Assembly: GCA_002753495.1 (NCBI GenBank)
Contig: PEAJ01000002.1
Span: 1-42,242 of the forward strand
Length of the DNA: 42,242 nt
Source: Magnetococcales bacterium HA3dbin3
GTDB taxonomy: Bacteria; Pseudomonadota; Magnetococcia; Magnetococcales; DC0425bin3
Reading direction: 5' to 3'
A program made the position numbers and the translations under genes. The notes under the pieces are model-generated. The model did not search any database and was not told the origin of the DNA. It saw only the letters and a list, made by a program, of their open reading frames with translations. Positions 18,624-26,169 of the stretch are shown piece after piece. Each line of letters starts with the position of its first letter. Within the stretch, counting starts at the first letter, position 1.

Positions 18624-18660
18624 TTGTTCTAATATTATCAAATCGTGATATCCTGATATT
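18624..18660 (+). promoter_or_regulatory. AT-rich island with operator-like repeats upstream of dsrE
   Basis: The only AT-rich patch in the 188-bp spacer. Inverted repeat TATCA-N5-TGATA (18636-18650). Direct repeat TGATAT at 18646-18651 and 18654-18659. Possible promoter TTGTTC-N17-GATATC. Confidence 0.3.
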
Positions 18661-18784
18661 CAAGCTTTCAGGCGGGGGGTCGAACTCAACCGCTGCCGGG
18701 TCGGTTTTGTGGCCAGGCGCGGCCGTGCCGTGGGGGGGAGGCCTCTTCGGGTCCCGTTCGTTACCGGAAGGAGTTTGGACAGCA

Positions 18785-19141
18785 ATGAAACTCGCGGTTC
18801 TCATCTACGAAGGTCCGTACAATCACGAAGCCTCTGACAGCGCCTACAACTTCATCCAGGCCGCCCTGGCCAAGGGGCATGAAATCCGGGGAATTTTTTT
18901 CTACCATGACGGGGTCTACAACGTGACCAAGCTGATGGAGCCCCCGCAGGATGATCGTCACATTGCCAATCGCTGGTCGGAGCTGGGGGCCAAGGGGATC
19001 GACATTGTCGTTTGCATTGCCGCGGCCAAGCGGCGCGGGATTGTCGACGATGTGCTCGTTCCCAACGTGCGTATCTCGGGTCTTGGCCAGCTCACGATGA
19101 TGGCCATCGAGGCGGAACGCCTGGTGTCTTTCGGGGATTGA
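18785..19141 (+). CDS. dsrE: Sulfur-relay protein DsrE (DsrE/TusD family)
   Basis: GGAAGGAG RBS. Near-colinear with Allochromatium vinosum DsrE as recalled (EGPY.H.ASDSAY.F..AAL.KGHEI..FFYHDGV.N...L..PPQDDRHI.NRW.EL), including the active-site Cys context VVCIAAA. Confidence 0.9.
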   Translation: MKLAVLIYEGPYNHEASDSAYNFIQAALAKGHEIRGIFFYHDGVYNVTKLMEPPQDDRHIANRWSELGAKGIDIVVCIAAAKRRGIVDDVLVPNVRISGLGQLTMMAIEAERLVSFGD

Positions 19142-19164
19142 AACGGGAAGGGGAGTAAAGAGAT

Positions 19165-19566
19165 ATGGCCGGCGATGTCAAAAAAATCATGTTCACCGTG
19201 CGCAAACCGCCGCATGGTAGTATTTATGTCTACGAAGGGCTGGAAGTGAAGTTGATCATGGCCGCCTACGATGCCGACATCTCCGTCGTCTTCCTGGATG
19301 ACGGGGTCTACGCCATGAAAGCGGGGCAGGACACCAGCAAGCTGGGGATCAAGGGGTTCGAGAAGACCTACGGCGTTTTGGTCGACTATGAAATCAGCAA
19401 GGTGTTTGTCGATCGGCAGTCGATGGAGGAGCGTGGTCTCACCGAGGAGGATCTGCTTGTCATCGGCGAGGACGAGGAGACCGAGGAGCCGGTCCGGCCG
19501 AAGATGATTGATTCGGCCGAGATTGCCGCGATGATGGCCGAGCAACACAATATCCTCTGCTTTTGA
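19165..19566 (+). CDS. dsrF: Sulfur-relay protein DsrF (TusC family)
   Basis: Blocks VKKIMF..RK.P.G.IY..E.LEV.LI.AA.D.D..V.FLDDGVY......QDT and YEI..V.VDR.S.EERGLT..DL match DsrF as recalled. Confidence 0.88.
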   Translation: MAGDVKKIMFTVRKPPHGSIYVYEGLEVKLIMAAYDADISVVFLDDGVYAMKAGQDTSKLGIKGFEKTYGVLVDYEISKVFVDRQSMEERGLTEEDLLVIGEDEETEEPVRPKMIDSAEIAAMMAEQHNILCF

Positions 19567-19595
19567 CTTGAATCCGCGCGAAGGGAATACTGATC

Positions 19596-19892
19596 ATGCT
19601 GCATACCGTCAATAAATCTCCTTTTCAGAACAGCACGCTGGAGAGTTGTTTGCGCTTTGTGCGGCCCGGCGATGCGCTCCTGCTGCTGGAGGATGGGGTC
19701 ATCGCGGCGGCGGCCGGCACCGCCAAGTCTGGTCTGATCGAGGGGGCGTTGAAGAAGAACTTGAGCGTTTATGCCATCGATGCCGATCTCAAGGCTCGGG
19801 GTCTGACCACCCTGACCAAGGGGGTACAGGTTACCGACTACGCCGGATTTGTCGATCTGGTGGAGAAGTTCACGATGCATGCCTGGCTGTGA
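19596..19892 (+). CDS. dsrH: Sulfur-relay protein DsrH (TusB family)
   Basis: MLHTVNKSPFQNSTLESCL (conserved Cys), LLLEDGV and DLKARG...V.DYAGFVDL....MHAWL match DsrH as recalled. Confidence 0.88.
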   Translation: MLHTVNKSPFQNSTLESCLRFVRPGDALLLLEDGVIAAAAGTAKSGLIEGALKKNLSVYAIDADLKARGLTTLTKGVQVTDYAGFVDLVEKFTMHAWL

Positions 19893-20005
19893 ACCTTGGC
19901 CCAGAGGGTGTGCCGTCTTGTTCGTTGCGGGTCTCCGAAGAGAAGCCGGTCTCGCTGCGTCGGGATGGTCGGTTCGGTGGTGGTTGCGCATGAGGAGGGG
20001 TTGAT

Positions 20006-20389
20006 GTGGTTTTGCTACGAACAGTCGTGATCGTGTTGGCGCTCCTCGTGGTTGGGGCCGCCCAGGCCGATGACCACGCCGCCAGCACCCATACCGGTAC
20101 CGGCACGAACGATGCCGCCAACGACCTGCTCCTGGCCAACGGTGCCGTCCGTTTGCAGAAACCCAAGGGGGATGCCTGTATTCGCCCGACCGAGTGGATG
20201 CGGCGCAACCATATGGACTTCCTGATGCATAAGCGGGCGGTGACCGTTCGGGAAGGGGCGCGCGTTCGCAGCGAGAGCCTGTTGCAGTGTCAGGGTTGTC
20301 ACCCCAGCCGGGAGCAGTTCTGCGACCGGTGCCACGACTACGTGGGTGTGGAACCAAACTGCTTCGAGTGCCACGTTTACCCGGAATGA
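20006..20389 (+). CDS. dsrJ: Triheme cytochrome c, DsrJ-like
   Basis: GTG start after GAGGAGGGG. N-terminal hydrophobic anchor/signal. Three CXXCH motifs in the DsrJ-type spacing CQGCH-x5-FCDRCH-x9-CFECH. Upstream conserved Cys (GDACIRP) and RRNHMDFL block. Confidence 0.8.
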   Translation: MVLLRTVVIVLALLVVGAAQADDHAASTHTGTGTNDAANDLLLANGAVRLQKPKGDACIRPTEWMRRNHMDFLMHKRAVTVREGARVRSESLLQCQGCHPSREQFCDRCHDYVGVEPNCFECHVYPE

Positions 20390-20414
20390 TCGCCAACAGC
20401 AGGGACAAGAAACC

Positions 20415-21149
20415 ATGACGATGGATAGAAGAACGGTTCTTGGAGTGGGCGGCGCGGCTGCCGTCGGCGTCCTGTTGGCGCCGGGCATCCACCTCATCGC
20501 GGCCCCTCCCAACGAAACGACGGCCACCGGCGCCAATCGCTGGGCGATGCTGGTGGACATCAACCTGTGCGCCTCGGAGTGCACCGCCTGTCTCGATGCC
20601 TGCCGCCGGGAGAACAACGTCCCCCTGTTCGGGGATCCGGCGCGAGACATCCACTGGATCCGCAAGGTGGAGGTTCAGGACAAGGATCGGCGCCGCCCCC
20701 CTTTCAGCATCCCCATGTTGTGCAACCATTGCGAACATCCTCCCTGCGTCCACGTCTGTCCGACGTCGGCTTCCTTCATCCGCAAGGATGGCATCGTCCT
20801 GATCGACGAGCACCGCTGCATTGGTTGTCGCTACTGCATGATCGCCTGTCCCTACAAGGCGCGCTCCCTGGTTTACTTTCCGACCAAATTTCCAAAAGGG
20901 GGCAACCCCCGGGTGCCGATCCGGGCCAAGGGGGTGGTGGAGAAGTGTACCTTCTGCGTGCATCGCGTTGACGACGGGCAGATTCCGGCCTGTGTCGAGG
21001 CGTGTCAGCAGTCGAGCAAGGGTGCCATGCTGTTCGGCGACATCAACGACCCACAGTCCGAGATCTCCCAACGGGTGAAAACCCTGAGGACCGAAACCAT
21101 TCGGGCCGACCTGGGCTTGAAACCCCATGTTCACTATCAGGGATTGTAG
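20415..21149 (+). CDS. dsrO: Periplasmic (Tat-exported) 4Fe-4S ferredoxin-type subunit, DsrO-like (NrfC/PsrB family)
   Basis: Twin-arginine leader MTMDRRTVLGVGGAAAVGVLLAPG. Cys clusters CNHCEHPPCVHVCP, CIGCRYCMIACP and CTFCVHR...CVEAC. Confidence 0.85.
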   Translation: MTMDRRTVLGVGGAAAVGVLLAPGIHLIAAPPNETTATGANRWAMLVDINLCASECTACLDACRRENNVPLFGDPARDIHWIRKVEVQDKDRRRPPFSIPMLCNHCEHPPCVHVCPTSASFIRKDGIVLIDEHRCIGCRYCMIACPYKARSLVYFPTKFPKGGNPRVPIRAKGVVEKCTFCVHRVDDGQIPACVEACQQSSKGAMLFGDINDPQSEISQRVKTLRTETIRADLGLKPHVHYQGL

Positions 21150-21158
21150 GGACGCGCC

Positions 21159-22352
21159 ATGATCAGCAACTACACCGTCATCGAAGGGAAATCCTTCCGC
21201 TACTGGATCCTTCTCGGCATCCTCGGGGGCGTCTTTCTCCTGGGACTGGGTGCCTTTGTCTACATGGAGGTTTTTGGTCACGGCGTCAGCAACATGAACA
21301 ACCAGGTGGTCTGGGGGACGCCACACATTTTTGCCATTGCCCTGTTGGTCATGGCCTCGGGTGCCCTCAACCTTGCCTCCATGGCCACGGTGTTCGCCGC
21401 CAAGCACTACAAGCAGTTTCGTCGCTTTTCCGCCTTCACCGCCATCGTCTTGCTGGTGGGGGGGTTGGCGGTGTTGCTGCTTGACCTCGGGCGGCCTGAC
21501 CGGCTCCTGTTGACGATGATTCACATGAACTTCCGCTCCATGTTCACCTGGAACGTCTTCCTCTACTCCGGTTTCACGGTTCTCTGTTTTCTTTACCTGT
21601 GGTCGATGTTTGAGCATGAAAAGTATGTCAAGATCGCCGGCAGCGCGGCTTTCATGGGGCGTTTGATCCTGACGACGGGTACCGGGTCAATTTTTGGCGT
21701 CATCCATGCCCGCGAGGTGTTTCACTCCGCCATCACCGCGCCCACCTTCATCGCCGTTTCCCTGACCTCGGGTACGGCGGTTTGTTTGTTGCTGCTTGTC
21801 GGGACGTTTCACTACACCGGTCGCGAGATGGACACACGCCTGGTCCAGGGCATGCGTAACATGCTCACCTTTTTCACCATGCTCGTGCTCTATTTATTCG
21901 TGGTGGAGAAGTTTACCAAGTTCTACTCTCCCGCCTACTACGACGTGGAGAACTGGGTTTTGAGTGGCCCCTACAGCGGGCTTTATTGGGGTGGTGTCAT
22001 CATTCTGGGTTTGTTGGCGCCGCTGGTTATCTTGTTCAATCCGCGCTCTGGCAACAGCACGGGTGGCGTCCTGACGGCGGCGGCCCTTGCCATCGTTGGC
22101 GAGTTTGCCTTCATTGCCCATGTCCTTATTGCCGGCCAGGCTTACCCCTTGCAGCTCTTTCCCGGGCATGAGATTTCAAGCGTCTTCCTGGACGGGCAGT
22201 CGGCGGTTTATGCTCCGAGCCTGGTCGAGATTCTTCTCGGACTTGGCGGGGTTGCCCTGGCGGGTCTTCTCTATTTGCTTGGGATCCGTTTTTTCCGTCT
22301 TCTGCCCAAGGTGGCCGTGGCTCCGGACGACTGGCACCCCTGGAATCCCTGA
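21159..22352 (+). CDS. dsrP: Integral membrane quinone-interacting subunit, DsrP-like (NrfD family)
   Basis: 397 aa with about 10 hydrophobic helices. Directly follows the NrfC-like gene, which is the classic NrfCD/DsrOP pairing. Confidence 0.85.
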   Translation: MISNYTVIEGKSFRYWILLGILGGVFLLGLGAFVYMEVFGHGVSNMNNQVVWGTPHIFAIALLVMASGALNLASMATVFAAKHYKQFRRFSAFTAIVLLVGGLAVLLLDLGRPDRLLLTMIHMNFRSMFTWNVFLYSGFTVLCFLYLWSMFEHEKYVKIAGSAAFMGRLILTTGTGSIFGVIHAREVFHSAITAPTFIAVSLTSGTAVCLLLLVGTFHYTGREMDTRLVQGMRNMLTFFTMLVLYLFVVEKFTKFYSPAYYDVENWVLSGPYSGLYWGGVIILGLLAPLVILFNPRSGNSTGGVLTAAALAIVGEFAFIAHVLIAGQAYPLQLFPGHEISSVFLDGQSAVYAPSLVEILLGLGGVALAGLLYLLGIRFFRLLPKVAVAPDDWHPWNP

Positions 22353-22391
22353 CCAGTCTGGTCTTTGCGCGATCTCTTCGGTTGTGGCACG

Positions 22392-22430
22392 ATCCCCCCT
22401 TTCGCCGCGCGGGAGGGGGGATTGCTTTTC
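22392..22430 (+). terminator. Intrinsic terminator after dsrP
   Basis: ATCCCCCCT (22392-22400) pairs with AGGGGGGAT (22414-22422). The stem can extend inward through CGC/GCG. It is followed by TGCTTTTCC. Confidence 0.7.
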
Positions 22431-22445
22431 CGGGTGGTGCGGGAC

Positions 22446-22478
22446 AGGGATCGGACATCCCTTTCCCCCCTTTTTTTT
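22446..22478 (+). terminator. Second hairpin followed by C6-T8 tract
   Basis: AGGGAT (22446-22451) pairs with ATCCCT (22457-22462), then TTCCCCCC and T8 (22471-22478). The C6 run could alternatively pair with the G-run of the first terminator. The geometry is non-canonical. Confidence 0.35.
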
Positions 22479-22640
22479 CGTATTTGGAAGGCGGGGTTTT
22501 CCTGGAACGTTGTGGCGGGGGTGGGCAAAGGGGATGCTTCCGTGCAATAATCGCCGCCTCGCGGTGGGGAGAGCGATTGGCGGGTCCGGATTGCGCGGGG
22601 GGTGGTGCGGGTTCTCCCCCTCGATCGGTGCGGCGAGGTG

Positions 22641-22765
22641 ATTCCAGTTCCAGATCAAGATGGCAACGAGGCTTACAACGCGTGAGCGACGAGACGGTAC
22701 GTGTTTGCACGGCGAGGAGCGAACAAGGCAGCCAACGAACTTGCCGCTTGATATGGAACTGGAAT
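22641..22765. repeat. 125-bp element bounded by a 19-bp imperfect inverted repeat
   Basis: ATTCCAGTTCCAGATCAAG (22641-22659) against CTTGATATGGAACTGGAAT (22747-22765): 18 of 19 complementary. The stem extends by GGCAA/TTGCC after a small bulge. Each arm contains the tandem hexamer TTCCAG. It ends 28 nt before the likely gspC start. Confidence 0.6.
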
Positions 22766-22793
22766 GAGGGGTTCGATGCCGGCGGAGGTTAGC

Positions 22794-23735
22794 ATGGTGC
22801 GGTGGGATTTCAAGCGGATCCGTTCCCGATCCCTCGGCGGCATCGCCAAACTCCTGAATGTGATTTTGGTGCTGGCCATCTCCTACACCTGCTCCGAGGT
22901 CGTCATCGACTGGATGAGCGGTTCGGGTGGCAGGGAGAACAAGCCCCAATCCCCCAATGCGGGCGATAAATCGGGGGGAAAGGGTATCGACGCCGCGCGT
23001 TCCGGTCGGCGGGAAACCTTGGCTGGCCTGACGCTCTTTGGCGGCAAGGCCGGGGTGGTGATCGGGGAGAACGGCGCCGACCTCCCGGGCGAGACTGGCA
23101 GCCAGGGGTTGCCGGAGACCAAACTTGAAATTCAGCTTATCGGGGTTGTCTTCTCTGGAGACCCCGGGAGTGGTGGCCGCGCCCTCATCAAGACCGGGCC
23201 CGAGGAGGAGAAGTCCTACCGCGTTGGCGATCGCATTGCCGGTGGCCCCAAAATCAAGGAAATTCTGTTCGATCACGTCATCCTCGAACGTGACGGGCAT
23301 CGGGAGATCCTGCGCCTGCCGCGCTCCTTGCTGACTGTGGAGCAGCTTTCCCCCCGCAAAAAATCGCAATCCCCAACCGCCCAGGTTGCGGCGCGGCAGG
23401 GCGCGACCAGCAGTGGCCCGAAGGATGCGCTGCGCCGGTTGCGCGATCTCCTGCGCCTCAGTCCGGATTCTGTTCTGGAGATGGTGCGCATCGATCCCTA
23501 TTTCAATGGGGGGACCTTCGAGGGGTTCAAGCTTTTTCCGGGCAAGGATCCCGAGTACTTGAAACAGTTCGGGTTGGAAAATGGCGATATCATCATTGAG
23601 GTCAACGACGTACGCATGACCGACCCCCTGAAGGGGATGGAGGCGATGGCCCAGCTGGCCGCCGCCGATACCATTCACTTGCGGGTGAAGCGGGGGGCGG
23701 ATATCATCCCCTATGAATTTTCCCTTGATCGGTAA
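22794..23735 (+). CDS. gspC: Type II secretion system protein C
   Basis: ATG at 22794 lies 5 nt after GGAGG (the ORF track starts at 22764). N-terminal TM LLNVILVLAISY. HR-domain block LIGVVFS...ALIK...SYRVGDRI..G.KIKEI..DHVILERDG. C-terminal PDZ-like GLENGDIIIEVND. Confidence 0.85.
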   Translation: MVRWDFKRIRSRSLGGIAKLLNVILVLAISYTCSEVVIDWMSGSGGRENKPQSPNAGDKSGGKGIDAARSGRRETLAGLTLFGGKAGVVIGENGADLPGETGSQGLPETKLEIQLIGVVFSGDPGSGGRALIKTGPEEEKSYRVGDRIAGGPKIKEILFDHVILERDGHREILRLPRSLLTVEQLSPRKKSQSPTAQVAARQGATSSGPKDALRRLRDLLRLSPDSVLEMVRIDPYFNGGTFEGFKLFPGKDPEYLKQFGLENGDIIIEVNDVRMTDPLKGMEAMAQLAAADTIHLRVKRGADIIPYEFSLDR

Positions 23736-23764
23736 CGATTTCCAGATACCAGTGCGGATGACGT

Positions 23765-26158
23765 ATGCTGAAGCCTATTTCCGGTGCACGATGGCGGTGG
23801 GGGGTGATCCTGGTTTTCCTGGTGGCGCTCTCCTGGTCTCCCGGGCCGGTTGTGGCGTCGGTGGCGAAGTACACCCTGAACCTGCAAGGGGCCGAACTCC
23901 GCACCCTCATCGAAACGGTCTCCGAGGCCACGGGCCGGAATTTCATCCTCGATCCGAGCGTCAAGGGCAAGGTGACGGTGGTCTCCTCGCAACCGATGAC
24001 CGCGGAGGAGCTTTATCAGGTTTTCCTCTCCATCCTTGAGGTGCATGGTTTCATCGCCGTGCCCTCCGGTACGGCGATCAAGATCATTCCGGACAACAAG
24101 ATCAATTTTAGCAGCCTGCCCGGCGACGAACGCAAGCCCGACTCGACCGCCCCGGGTGGCGAGACCATGGTGCGCATCTTCCCGCTGAAACACGTCGACG
24201 CCGGTCGGCTGCTGCCGGTGTTGCGACCGTTGGTTTCACCCAAGGGGTTTGCTTCCGCCGTCGAGGGAAGCAACATGCTGGTTGTTTCCGACTATGCCAA
24301 CACGATTGGACGCTTAGACCACATTCTGCAACGCGTCGACAAACCGGCAACCGGTGCCGTCGAGGTGATCGCCCTGGAACACGCCTCGGCCACCGACATC
24401 CTGCGGGTTTTGCAAAGCCTGGAAGGACCGGCGGCGCGTGGGGGCTCCTCGGCCGCATCCACCGCCGGTGCCGCCCTGCCACCGCCCACCTTTGCCGCGG
24501 ATGAGAGGACCAACAGCATCCTCCTGAACTGTGACAAGGAGACCCGGATCCGCCTGCGCACCCTGGTTGCCCACCTCGATACGCCGGTCGATATCGTTGG
24601 CAATACCCAGGTGGTTTACCTGCGTTACGCCAAGGCCGAGACGATGGTCAAGGTCCTGTCCAGCATCGGCGAGGACTACATGAAGCGGGCCAAGGGAGGC
24701 GTGGCTGGTGGTGGTGGCGGTGGCGGCGGCGGCGGAGGTGGCGGCGGAGGTGGCGGGGGTGGCGAGGGCGCCAGTTCCGGGCGCAGCGCGGTTAATGTCC
24801 AACCCTTCGAGAGCGCCAATGCCCTGGTGATTACGGCGCCACATGACCTCCTGCGCACCATGCGCACGGTCATTGAAAAGCTTGACGTGCGCCGGGCTCA
24901 GGTGCAGGTGGAGGCGATCATCGCCGAAATCACCACCGACAAGGCCGCTGAATTTGGCGTCCAGTGGAATCACGTTCCCGCCGATGTGAAAGGGATTGCC
25001 GCTGCCACCAACTTCAACACCAAAAGCAATCAGGGGATTATCAGCCTGGGCGGTTCCTCCGGTGGGGCCCCGAACCTGACCCAGCTCGGCAGCGGCCTGA
25101 GTCTGGGGTTCCTCAACGGCACCTCGACCATCCTCGGGACGCAGTTTGTCAACCTGAATGCCCTGTTGCGTGTCTTGCGCAGCGATACCTCGACCAACAT
25201 CCTGCAGACGCCGACCGTCGTCACCATGGACAATGAGGCGGCGGAGATCATCGTCGCGGAAAACGTGCCGTTTGTTACCGGCAGCTACACGACCACCAAC
25301 AGCGTCGTTTCCAGCCCCTTCCAGACCATCCAGCGCGAAAACGTTGGCTTGATTCTCAAGGTGACACCGCAGATCAACGAAGGCAACGCCATCCGCCTGG
25401 ATCTCAAGCAGGAACTCTCCGATGTCAAGGATACCCCGACCACGGGCGCACAGGGCGTGGTCACCAATACGCGTTCAATCAAGACCGCGGTCATGGTCGA
25501 CGATGGGCAGATCCTGGTGTTGGGAGGGTTGATCCGTGACAACCAGCAAAAGAGCAGCGAACGGGTCCCGATTTTGGGCGATATCCCGATTCTGGGACAG
25601 CTCTTCCGCTACGACTCAAGCAGCAGTGGCAAGACCAACCTGGTGGTCTTCATGCGGCCGACCATTTTGCGCAACGCCGAGGATGGCAACCAGGTCACCC
25701 GCGGCAAATACAAGTCCATCCGGGATCGGCAGCTCGCCATGCCCACGAACACCGGACTCATGAGCCTCGGGGATGATACCCCGGTCCTGCCCGATATCCA
25801 GAGGTATTTGAACGTTGCCAAGGCGCCGTCCGAGGGTGCTTATGGCTTGGCACCCGAGGCGCGGAGGCTTGTTCCTCTCCCCTCTCCGCCGCCACCAGCC
25901 ATCCCCGAGGGGGCGCGCGAGGAGTTTCCCGCCAGCGTGCCTCGGGGAAGTGTCGTCACTGCTCCTTCCGCAAGTGGTGGGGCGGCGTTTGGGCCAGGGG
26001 TGTCTGACACGGAAGGGGGCAGTGCCCCCACCGTCGCCGCGCCCCGGAGCGGCGCACCGTTCTCCCAGGCCCGGGAGGGTCGCCTGGAACGAACTTCTAT
26101 CGCGCCGTCGGGCCAACCTCGGGATAGCCACCAGGATGCCCGTGATTACCTTGATTGA
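23765..26158 (+). CDS. gspD: Type II secretion system secretin GspD
   Basis: Signal peptide, N0 block YTLNLQGAELRTLIETVSEATGRNFILDPSVKGKVTV, secretin core VLGGLI.D......RVPILGDIPILGQLFR, then TNLVVFMRPTIL. Carries a 19-Gly insert and an approximately 150-aa Pro/Ala/Gly/Ser-rich C-terminal tail. Confidence 0.93.
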   Translation: MLKPISGARWRWGVILVFLVALSWSPGPVVASVAKYTLNLQGAELRTLIETVSEATGRNFILDPSVKGKVTVVSSQPMTAEELYQVFLSILEVHGFIAVPSGTAIKIIPDNKINFSSLPGDERKPDSTAPGGETMVRIFPLKHVDAGRLLPVLRPLVSPKGFASAVEGSNMLVVSDYANTIGRLDHILQRVDKPATGAVEVIALEHASATDILRVLQSLEGPAARGGSSAASTAGAALPPPTFAADERTNSILLNCDKETRIRLRTLVAHLDTPVDIVGNTQVVYLRYAKAETMVKVLSSIGEDYMKRAKGGVAGGGGGGGGGGGGGGGGGGGEGASSGRSAVNVQPFESANALVITAPHDLLRTMRTVIEKLDVRRAQVQVEAIIAEITTDKAAEFGVQWNHVPADVKGIAAATNFNTKSNQGIISLGGSSGGAPNLTQLGSGLSLGFLNGTSTILGTQFVNLNALLRVLRSDTSTNILQTPTVVTMDNEAAEIIVAENVPFVTGSYTTTNSVVSSPFQTIQRENVGLILKVTPQINEGNAIRLDLKQELSDVKDTPTTGAQGVVTNTRSIKTAVMVDDGQILVLGGLIRDNQQKSSERVPILGDIPILGQLFRYDSSSSGKTNLVVFMRPTILRNAEDGNQVTRGKYKSIRDRQLAMPTNTGLMSLGDDTPVLPDIQRYLNVAKAPSEGAYGLAPEARRLVPLPSPPPPAIPEGAREEFPASVPRGSVVTAPSASGGAAFGPGVSDTEGGSAPTVAAPRSGAPFSQAREGRLERTSIAPSGQPRDSHQDARDYLD
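24707..24763 (+). repeat. GGN codon tract encoding 19 consecutive glycines inside gspD
   Basis: Reads ggt ggt ggt ggc ggt ggc ggc ggc ggc gga ggt ggc ggc gga ggt ggc ggg ggt ggc, in frame. It sits between the VVYLRYAKAETMVKVL strand and the NALVITAP strand, i.e. in the variable loop of the last N-domain. Confidence 0.9.
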
Positions 26159-26169
26159 GCGACCGATGC

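Noticed and set aside
18383-18784. In-frame upstream extension of dsrE in the ORF track (252-aa version).
   Set aside because: The extension overlaps the end of the amidase gene and the spacer, has no DsrE similarity, and the ATG at 18785 has a strong GGAAGGAG RBS and matches the DsrE N-terminus.
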